Origin: an uncultured Bacteroidaceae bacterium
GTDB taxonomy: Bacteria > CAIWAD01
DNA: 64,000 bases
NCBI GenBank assembly: GCA_964345075.1
Contig: CAYFPS010000007.1
Span: 50,214 to 114,213, forward strand
Direction: 5' to 3'
Shown: positions 1-8,528 of the stretch, one piece after another
How positions within the stretch are numbered: the first letter of the stretch is position 1
How the letters are laid out: every line of letters begins with the position of its first letter
The notes under the pieces: model-generated
Told to the model about the DNA's origin: nothing
What the model saw: the letters and a program-made list of their open reading frames with translations, nothing else
The model's database searches: none
Made by a program: the position numbers and the translations under genes

Positions 1-1157
1 ATATACTGATCGTGGCCATCCATGTCCTGCAGAAGGGCCGCGCCGCCCACATGGCCGAAGCCCTGGGCATAAAGGCTGGCCAGATAAAGATCATCACCGC
101 CACCGTCCACCAGTGCGGCCTGTCCCATGATGGCCGCAGCCTGGCAGAAGAGTCCGGCCTGAAAGCTGTCCTGACCTTCGCTGTCCAGAAGCAGGGCCAC
201 ACCGCCCAGCGCAGCCGCCTGGGAGCGAAAATCGCCCAGGTACTGATCGTTACCCTTCAGGTCCAGCAAGACGGAAAGCCCGCCCAGGGTCTGGGCCGGC
301 CCGATTTCGCCGCTGGCGCGGTAGAGGTCGTTACCATCCAGATCCATCAGCAGGGAAAGGCGACCGCGACTGCTGGCCGCCCCGGAGCCGTAGATGTCAT
401 CCCCACCCAGATCAATCACAATCGGCGGCAGCGCGCCTTCGTAGCGATTGTCCGCCTGTGAACCCACCAGAAGCAGGCTGTCGGCATGATGCACGAGTCC
501 GTAGCGCGAGTCCTCAAAGACAGGTCTGGCAGCGAGCTCTTCCACCAGCTGTGGCAATTCCGTCCAGAGCTGATCGATTTGTTGAAGGCAGCTTGCCAGC
601 CGGGCTGGCTCCGGCAGACGGGCAACTTCGAGCCTGGCCTTGCGCTCCAGGGCTTCCCGGCGGCTGGCCCTTTCCAGACTGTCCTGAACAAACAGATCCG
701 CTCCGTCGTAGTCGGCCTCTTCCTGGATCAGGGGCAGCAGGTCGCGCTCCAGTGCCTGACAATCCTCCTCTTCCAGAAAGCGTATGGCGGCCAGCTGCTG
801 AAGATTTTTCAGGCGACGACGCCAGTGTGGCCTGCCCGGCGCTTCCCCTTCCTGCTCTTCAATGACACAGGCATCAGGCCTGCTGCCAAGCCTAAGCAGC
901 CCGGCATGGAGCTCGCCCAGGCGGCGCATTGCGGCAAAATCCCGGCAAAGCGAGTCGGCCAGCAGATCCAGCCGCCTGCCCTCCACCAGCACTTCATTCA
1001 CCAGCAGCAAGCGAAGACTGTCGGTCTCATCGGGCAGAAGGGGCTGGTTCAGATCGGAGAGCTGAAGATTGGCCGCGTCAAGCAAGCGCGTGACGCCATC
1101 GGCGAAGGCCGGGCCGCTTGAAAACAGCAGCAGAAAAAGCAGCAGAAAAAGCCTCAG
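1..1157 (-). CDS. Secreted repeat protein (partial, runs off window start). N-terminal signal peptide M/L-RLFLLLFLLLFSSGPAFA, then at least 6 tandem ~25-aa repeats of the form LLxDxxGxDxY...Q(A)xLGGxA
   Basis: Hand translation of minus strand 1157->1 is open throughout. Not in the ORF track because its stop lies beyond position 1. Plus-strand ORFs 12..461, 458..865 and 486..1121 are its antisense. Start is probably CTG at 1155-1157, preceded by GGGAGG. Confidence 0.55.
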   Translation of the reverse strand, partial: MRLFLLLFLLLFSSGPAFADGVTRLLDAANLQLSDLNQPLLPDETDSLRLLLVNEVLVEGRRLDLLADSLCRDFAAMRRLGELHAGLLRLGSRPDACVIEEQEGEAPGRPHWRRRLKNLQQLAAIRFLEEEDCQALERDLLPLIQEEADYDGADLFVQDSLERASRREALERKARLEVARLPEPARLASCLQQIDQLWTELPQLVEELAARPVFEDSRYGLVHHADSLLLVGSQADNRYEGALPPIVIDLGGDDIYGSGAASSRGRLSLLMDLDGNDLYRASGEIGPAQTLGGLSVLLDLKGNDQYLGDFRSQAAALGGVALLLDSEGQDSFQAGLFCQAAAIMGQAALVDGGGDDLYLASLYAQGFGHVGGAALLQDMDGHDQY

Positions 1158-1588
1158 CTGGCAGCCTCCCGCTTTTGCAGAAGCCAGCGCGTGGCGGCCC
1201 GGTAACCTTCCATACCCATGCCGCTGATGACGACATCGGCCGCATGGGCCGTAATCAACAATTGCCTGAAATCTTCCCTGGCATGAACTTGACTGATATG
1301 GACTTCCACAACCGGATTATTGGCATCAAGCAGGGCATCATGCAGACTGACACTGCTGTGCGCCAGCCCGCCAGGATTGATCAGGATCCCGTCCGTCTTC
1401 TCCCGCTGACGCTGAATTTCATCGATCAGTTCACCTTCGTGATTGCTCTGAAAGTGCTGCCAGTGAACTTCCGGAAAAGCCCTGGCCAACTCTTCTTCAA
1501 GCTCCTTCAGGGTAAAGGCGCCATAGTGCTTCGCCTCGCGCTGGCCCAGCAGGTTCAGGTTGGGGCCGTGCAGTACCAGGATTCTCAT
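1154..1588 (-). CDS. aroQ: Type II 3-dehydroquinate dehydratase
   Basis: MRILVLHGPNLNLLGQRE...HISQVHARE motifs. Start trimmed to MRIL, which overlaps the aroB stop by 4 nt. Track ORF 1154..1765. Confidence 0.85.
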   Translation of the reverse strand: MRILVLHGPNLNLLGQREAKHYGAFTLKELEEELARAFPEVHWQHFQSNHEGELIDEIQRQREKTDGILINPGGLAHSSVSLHDALLDANNPVVEVHISQVHAREDFRQLLITAHAADVVISGMGMEGYRAATRWLLQKREAAS

Positions 1589-2673
1589 GCAAACCTCGCC
1601 AGCAGATCCTGCCAAAGAGAGCGCAGTTCTCCCGTACCCAAACTGCCGGGCTGAACATGGCCGGGGCCCGCCAGCAGGATTAGCCTGAGTTCGCCCGCTT
1701 CGTTTTTCTTGTCCTGTTTCATCCATTCCATAAGGGAATCGACATCGTCGCATTCCGCCGGCCATTCAATTTCCAATTGACGAATGACACGCATCAGGCG
1801 CCGATCCAGCTCTTCCGCACGGCTGGCTGAAAGCAGGCCGGAACGGGCAGATGCCAGCACGGCCGCCAGCATGCCAATCAGCACCGCCTGCCCATGGGCG
1901 ATTTCCCCTTCCGACTCGGCCTCGAGCGCATGGGCGAAACTGTGTCCCAGATTCAGCAGACGGCGCGGGCCACGATCTTCCAGATCCAGACTGACCACAC
2001 GGGCTTTGCATTCAACAGCACGGCGAATGTGCTCTGAAAGTGCCGCATGCTCCACATCCAGCAGCTGGGGCAGGCTCTCCTCCAGTTCCTGCGCCCAGGC
2101 GTCATCATCCAGCCAGGCCATTTTCAGCAGTTCGCCAAAGCCGCTGGCCCATTCGCGCTGCGGGAGCGTCTTGAGGAAGCCGGTGTGGATCCAGACATGG
2201 CGGGCCGGATAGAAGCTGCCCACGCTGTTCTTGACACCCCCGAAATTGATGCCGGTTTTGCCGCCGACAGAAGCATCGACCATGGCAAGCAGGCTGGTCG
2301 GAACAAAATAGAAGGGCACGCCGCGCTTCCAGAGCGAAGCGGCCAGCGCGGAAAGGTCGCCGCACATGCCGCCGCCAAAGGCCACCAGCGGACAGTCTCG
2401 CCCCATGGCCAGACGATGCATTTCGGCAAGCATGGAAAGCAGGTTGGCGCTGTTTTTGGAAGTGTCCCCAGCCGGCAGAATCCAGCTGGCGTGCTCCCAG
2501 CTGTCGTGCAGGGAGTCCAGCCAGGCGCGCTGGGCACGGGCAACATGGGCGTCGCTGCACAGCAGGCGCGGCCCGGGGGCCTGGCCCAGTTCCTTCAGCA
2601 GTGCTTTCAGGGGTTCATCGGTAAAGCTTATGGTGGACGAAAGGGTTGAACGGTGCAGGCTCAGCTCTAGCAT
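1585..2673 (-). CDS. aroB: 3-dehydroquinate synthase
   Basis: GGGMCGDL...VPTSLLAMVDASVGGKTGINF nucleotide/metal-binding motifs. Confidence 0.85.
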   Translation of the reverse strand: MLELSLHRSTLSSTISFTDEPLKALLKELGQAPGPRLLCSDAHVARAQRAWLDSLHDSWEHASWILPAGDTSKNSANLLSMLAEMHRLAMGRDCPLVAFGGGMCGDLSALAASLWKRGVPFYFVPTSLLAMVDASVGGKTGINFGGVKNSVGSFYPARHVWIHTGFLKTLPQREWASGFGELLKMAWLDDDAWAQELEESLPQLLDVEHAALSEHIRRAVECKARVVSLDLEDRGPRRLLNLGHSFAHALEAESEGEIAHGQAVLIGMLAAVLASARSGLLSASRAEELDRRLMRVIRQLEIEWPAECDDVDSLMEWMKQDKKNEAGELRLILLAGPGHVQPGSLGTGELRSLWQDLLARFA

Positions 2674-2736
2674 TCGCAGGGGCTCGTTTTTTACAGGTTT
2701 CCAGAAAGTAAGAAGATGAAGCCGCTTTCCGGGCAG

Positions 2737-2768
2737 AAAGGCCCTTATGGGACAAGGCCTTTTTTCGG
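2737..2768 (+). terminator. Hairpin aaaggcc...ggccttt followed by TTTTTT, in the aroB/rpmB intergenic region
   Basis: 7-bp stem with T6 tract on the plus strand. No obvious upstream plus-strand gene. Confidence 0.3.
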
Positions 2769-3048
2769 CATGATTGCTGCAATCTGCCCCCCATGATCAA
2801 GCTGTCAAAAGCCAGGGCATCTTGTCAGCAGGCCCTTCAGCAAAAGGCAAGGCGCCTTGAGCAGGAGGTCCGGGAGCGCCATGGCAACAACTCTGCCTCC
2901 GCGGCAAAACTCTGTCGGCTTCTGGTGAATCGGCTTCGCCGTAAAGCTGCATTTCGAATGCCCTGATCCGGGCAAATGACTTGCACTTTCAAGTCGCAGT
3001 TGATACTTTTCCCGACTTGAAGCGAAAACAAAGACCAAGGATAGAACC

Positions 3049-3234
3049 ATGAGTCGAGTCTGCCAGATCTGCGGTAAGGGCCCCATGAGCGGCAACAAGG
3101 TCTCTCACGCCAACAACCATACCAAGAGGCGCTTCCTGCCCAACCTTCAGACCGTGCACGCCCGCGTGGATGGCGAACGCCGCAAGATGCGCGTCTGCAC
3201 CTCCTGCATTCAGGCAGGAAAGATCGAGAAGTAA
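3049..3234 (+). CDS. rpmB: 50S ribosomal protein L28
   Basis: [34 protein letters not shown]...; AAGGA RBS 7 nt upstream; TTGCAC-N17-TACTTT promoter-like element near 2981. Confidence 0.95.
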   Translation: MSRVCQICGKGPMSGNKVSHANNHTKRRFLPNLQTVHARVDGERRKMRVCTSCIQAGKIEK

Positions 3235-3250
3235 GGCGCTTTCAGCCATG

Positions 3251-3290
3251 AAAAAGGGCCCCGCCATGGTGGGGCCCTTTTCTTGTTTTC
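3251..3290. terminator. Bidirectional intrinsic terminator between convergent rpmB and the AAA+ gene
   Basis: aaaaAGGGCCCCgccatggtGGGGCCCTtttctt: 8-bp GC stem, A-tract before and T-tract after. Confidence 0.8.
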
Positions 3291-3300
3291 ACTTGCGGCT

Positions 3301-5541
3301 CTATTTGGCCGCCCGCTGCTCCACCTGGAACTGAATCGCATCGCCATCAAGCTGCACGCGAATGTTCAGGGCATGACCTTCAGCAGCCAGAATCTCTTCA
3401 TTGACCCTTTCGGCCACTTGTTCTTCAAATCCCTTGTCGACCAGTTTGGCACTGGCAATCCGGCCGCTGGTCCTGTGTGCCAGCCACTCGGCAACCCCTT
3501 CATCCAGCTGAAGCTCGTGGCCCAGCCGTCCCAGCTTTTCCTTGAAGGCGGGCACAATGCGCTCCTGCAGGATTTCCAGAAGATCCGCTTCGGACAAGGG
3601 CTGGAAGATGACCAGCTTGTCCACATTGGAAAGCAGGCCGGGCGAGAAGTATTCACGCAGGGCTTCCAGACTGGCTCCAGAAGCGGCGTCTGCCCCTCCC
3701 TGCTGGAAACCGATGCTACTTTTGTGCTCCATGCCGATCAGGTCTGAGAGCAGCACGACGGTCATGTCCGCCACGGGCAGCTGCTGGCCGGAAGCATCAC
3801 GCAGCATGCCTTCTTCAAAGCCTTTGAGGAAATAGCTGAGCACCTCGCCAGCGGCAAATTCGATGTTTTTCAGAATCAGCACGCGACGCGGATCACTTCG
3901 CAGGCGATCCAGCAGGCTGTGCGTGGGATAGCCTTCTTCCTGCCCGCCAAAACGGCCGACAATCCGCTGCAGGCTTTCCGCCTCCTGAAACTCGCTCAGC
4001 TCCACGAGAAAGGGTTCGTTGCCGTAGACAAGCCGGGAGAGTTCGGTGGCAAACAGCTGCTTGCCAACTCCCGATGGGCCGGCAAAGAGGAAAACACCGT
4101 CGGGACGCTCGGGATTCAGGTCCAGATCGCTCTTCATGAAGCGGATTGTGCGGCAAACCTCGGCAATGGCATTGTCCTGACCGATGATGCGCGCCTGCAG
4201 CGCCTCCTCCAGATGCTGCAGCTTCTCCTTGCGATCCGGAAAACGATCGTCACGCTTGCCCGTGATCCTGGCCAGCGCGGTGCGCAAAACGGACTCCCAG
4301 CTGGGCGGACAGCTACCCTCTTCCAGCGCCAGAATGGAAAGAGCCACATCCAGCAGGATCAGCGCCTTCTTGGGAAACTGCATGCCGCGAATGTGCTCGT
4401 CGGCCATTTCCACCACCTGCTCAAGCTGCGATTCGGATAGCTCGACGCCGTACTGCTCTTCAAAGCGCTCCTTGACGGTAGCGAGAATCTGCACAGCCTC
4501 GCCCCGGCCCAGCGATTTGATGTAGAGCGGACTCATCCACTCTTCAAATTGTGGATTGCCCTTGTAGACGCGATTGTAGAAGTCCACATCGGCCAGCAGC
4601 ACAAAGTGCAGCTTCTTCAGTTTGAGCATGCCCAGCAGGCGCTGCAAAAATTCCTGCAACATGGCATTGCCGCTGCCCAGCAGGTGCTGAATGCCATCGA
4701 CCACCATGATGATTTCCGTGTGTTGCTCGAGAAATCCCTGCAGCATGGCGAAGCGCTTGGCAAGATCCTGCGAACTCTGGAGATCACGCAGGAAGACTTC
4801 ATGATCGAATTCGAAAAAGCGTTTGCCGGCAAAGATCTGCGGGACCCTGCCCGCTGCCGTGTCCTCAATCAGTCGGCGCAAAACCGTGCTCTTGCCGCTG
4901 CCCGGCAGGCCGTACATCAGCAGATTCTGGCGATAGCGCCTGACCAGGACTTCCATGGCCGAGCGGCAATATTCGGGGTAATTCAACAGCCCCTGCATCG
5001 GTTCCGAACCGAAGCGGTGATTCAGGTCCTGATCCTGAGAAAAGAGCGCGCGCAGAAAGTGCTGCTCGCCCTCGCCCTCGCGCTCCAGTTCAATCCCCAG
5101 CTTCTCCAGCGGTACAGGATAGAGCTGCTGCCAGTTGTAAAGCACCAGATGCAGAAAGTCGTCCGCGTCCAGTTCGTCTTCGTCGCGGTCGCGCTGCCAG
5201 CTCATCAGCAGCTGACGGATCAGGTCGTCGGGCGGGGGCGCCATCAGCTCGGCCTGCTCCAGCAGCGCTTTAAGCTCCGGACTCAGTTCGACCGGCTCTT
5301 CATCATCCTTTTCGCCAGCCTCCTGGGCCGCAACAGCGCTGGAGGCCTGGGTGAAATGCTTGATCAGGGCATCGCGGTGCTCGTCATTCTTGATCAGGCC
5401 TTCCCAGAATTCCTCCAGTCCAGATTCCGGATCGAGGGCGGCAATCATGTATTCGGGCAGGCCCCAGGTGCTGCGGGTCAGCTTCAGGGCGGTGGTGGCG
5501 GCAGACTGAAAGACGTGAATCAGGGCGGCAGATAACTTCAT
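3301..5541 (-). CDS. ClpA/Hsp100-like double AAA+ ATPase with degenerate catalytic motifs
   Basis: D1 Walker A GLPGSGKST; D2 Walker A-like GPSGVGKQ (Q at the S/T position); Walker B-like VVDG and ILKNIE lack the DE pair. Layout matches ClpA D1/D2. Confidence 0.7.
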   Translation of the reverse strand: MKLSAALIHVFQSAATTALKLTRSTWGLPEYMIAALDPESGLEEFWEGLIKNDEHRDALIKHFTQASSAVAAQEAGEKDDEEPVELSPELKALLEQAELMAPPPDDLIRQLLMSWQRDRDEDELDADDFLHLVLYNWQQLYPVPLEKLGIELEREGEGEQHFLRALFSQDQDLNHRFGSEPMQGLLNYPEYCRSAMEVLVRRYRQNLLMYGLPGSGKSTVLRRLIEDTAAGRVPQIFAGKRFFEFDHEVFLRDLQSSQDLAKRFAMLQGFLEQHTEIIMVVDGIQHLLGSGNAMLQEFLQRLLGMLKLKKLHFVLLADVDFYNRVYKGNPQFEEWMSPLYIKSLGRGEAVQILATVKERFEEQYGVELSESQLEQVVEMADEHIRGMQFPKKALILLDVALSILALEEGSCPPSWESVLRTALARITGKRDDRFPDRKEKLQHLEEALQARIIGQDNAIAEVCRTIRFMKSDLDLNPERPDGVFLFAGPSGVGKQLFATELSRLVYGNEPFLVELSEFQEAESLQRIVGRFGGQEEGYPTHSLLDRLRSDPRRVLILKNIEFAAGEVLSYFLKGFEEGMLRDASGQQLPVADMTVVLLSDLIGMEHKSSIGFQQGGADAASGASLEALREYFSPGLLSNVDKLVIFQPLSEADLLEILQERIVPAFKEKLGRLGHELQLDEGVAEWLAHRTSGRIASAKLVDKGFEEQVAERVNEEILAAEGHALNIRVQLDGDAIQFQVEQRAAK

Positions 5542-5738
5542 GATAACCTCGTGAGAGTGTACGGGATGAAAGAAATGTCAAGGTAGCATGTTGGTTTGAA
5601 GGTTCGCTTTCGGGAACTCGATCGGGAACTGCTCCTCCCGATCTGTCTGCTGCGCCTGACGCTTTGACATTCCCCCCTGCCTTTGCGATTCTGAAAGGCT
5701 TTTTCAATCAAGGGCCAAAGGCCGGAAAAGGGAGTGTA

Positions 5739-8528
5739 ATGGCCGGAATCGATCATCCCTGGGCAGCCGTTCTGCCGCATGTGGAGAAACCCGCCCGCTA
5801 TCTGGGTGGCGAGTTCAATTCGGTCATCAAGGACTGGGGGGACGAGGCCATTGTCTGCCGTTTTGCGCTGGCCTTCCCCGACCTCTACGACATCGGCATG
5901 AGCCACCTGGGCACCAAGATCCTTTACAAGCTGATCAATCAGTGTCCGGATCTGCTGATGGAGCGCTCCTTCTGCCCCTGGATCGACATGGAAGAGCAGC
6001 TTCGCGCTGCCGGCCTGCCGCTAATCAGCCTGGAAAGCCATCGCCCGCTTGGGGAATTTGATGTGCTGGGCTTTTCGCTGCAATACGAAATGACCTACAG
6101 CAATGTCCTGACCATGCTGGATCTGGGCGGCGTGCCTCTGCGCACGGCGGAGCGCGCGGATCAGGACCCGATCGTGATTGCCGGCGGCCCCTGCGCCACC
6201 CATCCGGAAAGCATTGCGCCCTTCATTGACGCCTTTCTTGTTGGCGATGCCGAGGAAGCGCTGCCCGATCTTTTACGCCTTGTGGGCAGGTTGAAAAGCT
6301 CGGGTACGGCCAGAGCCGAAATCCTGCATCAGCTGGCACAGGTACCGGGCGTCTATGTGCCCTCGCTCTACTCGACGCGTATGGTGGAAGAGACCGGGCT
6401 GGAAGTGGTTGAAAAGCCGCTTCATCAGGACATTCCCGCCCGTGTGACACGCCGCCTGGTCGAGGATTTGAGCCAGTTTCCCTTTCCTGATGACTCTCCC
6501 ATCGCGCTGAACGAGGCGATTTTTGATCGCCTGAGCATCGAAATCTCGCGCGGCTGCACCGAGGGTTGTCGCTTCTGCCAGGCGGGCATGATCTACCGCC
6601 CGGTGCGCGAACGCAGTCCGGAAGACATCATTCAAACGCTGGAAAGCGCGCTGGACAAGGGTGGATTTGATGAGGCCAGCCTGACCAGCCTTTCCACAGC
6701 CGACTATTCCTGCATCTCGCCCCTGATCCGCGAGGTGATGAAAAAGCTTAGGCCAAAGAGGGTCGGTCTGGGCATTTCAAGCCTGCGCGCTTATGGCCTG
6801 GATGAGGGTCTGCTGGACGAGATCGCCACGGTCAAGGCAACGGGCCTGACCTTCGCGCCCGAGGCAGGCACTCAGCGCATGCGTGATGTGATCAACAAGA
6901 ACATTTCAGAAGAAGACATTCGGCGCACCTGCCACCGGGTTTTCGCCCGCGGCTGGCGCAAGATGAAGCTCTATTTCATCCTGGGCCTGCCGACGGAAAC
7001 CGAGGAAGATCTGGAAGGCATTATTGAGATGGGGCGGAAGGCCTACCGGATTGGCCGCGAGTTCCATCGCAATGTGACCGTTACCGTTTCCGTCTCCAGT
7101 CATGTTCCCAAGCCGCACACGCCCTTCCAGTGGTGCGCGATGGACAGCATGGAGACGATCGCCGAAAAACAGGAATACCTCTGGCAGCGGGCCAGGCGTG
7201 CCGGCTTTCGCCTTCGCAAGCACGACATGCGCGTGAGCCATCTGGAAGGCATTATCGGACGCGGTGATCGTCGCGTGGCCGATCTGCTTGAATTGGCCTG
7301 GCGAAAAGGCGCACGCTTCGACTCCTGGGACGAAAGACTGGACTGGGAAGCCTGGCAGGAAGCGCTTGCTGAGTGGGAAGGCAATACGGGCATTGACCGG
7401 CAGATCTTCCTGAAAACCCTGCCGCTGGATCCGCCCCTGCCCTGGGATCACATCGATGTGGGACTGGAAGAAGGCTTTCTGGCCGGTGAATACAGGCGCG
7501 CGCTGAACAACCGGCTCAGCCCGCCCTGCGGCAAGCCCAAAGGCGAGCAGGTGCATCACACCAACCTGGCCGATGCCAATGCCGATGAGCGCAAACTGGT
7601 CTGTTACCACTGCGGCATTGCCTGTGATCTTTCCGCCATGCGCCAGGAACGCAAGGATTTCCTCGAACAGCTGGGTGCCAGCGAGCCCTGGCAGGGCGGG
7701 AATCCTGGCTGGCGCGAGGCCGCCATGGAGCGTGTATCACGAGGCGAAGCGCCCCATGCCTTTGATCAGGGCAAGCCCATTCGCTTGAGGCTGCGCATGG
7801 AACGGCAGGGTATCGGACGCATGTTCAGCCAGCTCGACCTGGTGCGCGTGCTGCCGCAGGTCCTGCGCCGGGCGGGTTTGAATTTGTATTACAGTCAGGG
7901 CTACAACCCGCACCCTGTGATGAGTTTTGCGCCAGCGATTCCTTTCATGGCCGGCAGTCTGGCCGATCTGGTCGATGTACAGCTGGCCATGCCGGAACTT
8001 CCGCAGGACCTTGACGAAAGGCTTTTCCGGGCATCTTCTCCGGGCATGGTGATCTCTCAGGCCGAAGAACTGGCCGAGGGCGCAGCTCCGCTTTCCAAGA
8101 CCGTCGATTCCATGGACTGGCTGATTCAGCTGCCGGACACGGCCATGGGCCTGGATGCCGAGCAGGATCCCGCGCTGCTGCCCGAGCTTGTCAAAGCCTA
8201 TCATGCATCACTTGATACGCGACTGGCTGATCCGACACCCATCAAGGTTCTGCGCAAGAACCGTGTACGCGAGATTGATTTGAGCGAGCAGGTCATGTCT
8301 GCCCGTGTGATACAAATTGGCACGGAAGGCCCTTCGGGGGACCTTGAACCAGGGCAGCCGGCCCTGCTTTACAGGCAGAAGATTGTGGCCGGAGCCGGTA
8401 TCAAGCCGGAAGAACTAGTCCACGCACTCTTCGGCAACGAGCTTTCGGCCGTGGCCATTCTGCGGCTGGCCTGTTTGTGCGATGGTCAGGATGTGATGCA
8501 GGAGAGACCGGTGGCATGCCTGTCCTGA
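5739..8528 (+). CDS. B12-binding radical SAM protein fused to DUF2344 (TIGR03960/TIGR03936-type)
   Basis: CxxxCxxC-like CTEGCRFCQAG; long conserved C-terminal extension. Start set at MAGIDHPW with AAAAGGGAG RBS. Track ORF 5664..8528. Confidence 0.75.
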   Translation: MAGIDHPWAAVLPHVEKPARYLGGEFNSVIKDWGDEAIVCRFALAFPDLYDIGMSHLGTKILYKLINQCPDLLMERSFCPWIDMEEQLRAAGLPLISLESHRPLGEFDVLGFSLQYEMTYSNVLTMLDLGGVPLRTAERADQDPIVIAGGPCATHPESIAPFIDAFLVGDAEEALPDLLRLVGRLKSSGTARAEILHQLAQVPGVYVPSLYSTRMVEETGLEVVEKPLHQDIPARVTRRLVEDLSQFPFPDDSPIALNEAIFDRLSIEISRGCTEGCRFCQAGMIYRPVRERSPEDIIQTLESALDKGGFDEASLTSLSTADYSCISPLIREVMKKLRPKRVGLGISSLRAYGLDEGLLDEIATVKATGLTFAPEAGTQRMRDVINKNISEEDIRRTCHRVFARGWRKMKLYFILGLPTETEEDLEGIIEMGRKAYRIGREFHRNVTVTVSVSSHVPKPHTPFQWCAMDSMETIAEKQEYLWQRARRAGFRLRKHDMRVSHLEGIIGRGDRRVADLLELAWRKGARFDSWDERLDWEAWQEALAEWEGNTGIDRQIFLKTLPLDPPLPWDHIDVGLEEGFLAGEYRRALNNRLSPPCGKPKGEQVHHTNLADANADERKLVCYHCGIACDLSAMRQERKDFLEQLGASEPWQGGNPGWREAAMERVSRGEAPHAFDQGKPIRLRLRMERQGIGRMFSQLDLVRVLPQVLRRAGLNLYYSQGYNPHPVMSFAPAIPFMAGSLADLVDVQLAMPELPQDLDERLFRASSPGMVISQAEELAEGAAPLSKTVDSMDWLIQLPDTAMGLDAEQDPALLPELVKAYHASLDTRLADPTPIKVLRKNRVREIDLSEQVMSARVIQIGTEGPSGDLEPGQPALLYRQKIVAGAGIKPEELVHALFGNELSAVAILRLACLCDGQDVMQERPVACLS

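Noticed and set aside
12-1121. Plus-strand ORFs 12..461, 458..865, 486..1121 and 862..1065
   Set aside because: Q/A/G-rich products with no recognisable domains. They are antisense to a clean, repeat-containing signal-peptide protein on the minus strand, which is missing from the track only because its stop lies outside the window
2881-3000. TTCGAAT-containing stretch as a possible tRNA T-arm; tRNA/rRNA scan of all intergenic gaps
   Set aside because: No cloverleaf, no acceptor/anticodon arms. No gap in the window is large or structured enough for a tRNA other than the sRNA-like locus at 59222-59356
4549-5535. 328-aa plus-strand ORF and other long antisense ORFs (e.g. 35027..35737, 43854..44639, 61305..61901, 16975..17463)
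   Set aside because: High-GC antisense artefacts; each lies wholly inside a well-supported gene on the opposite strand
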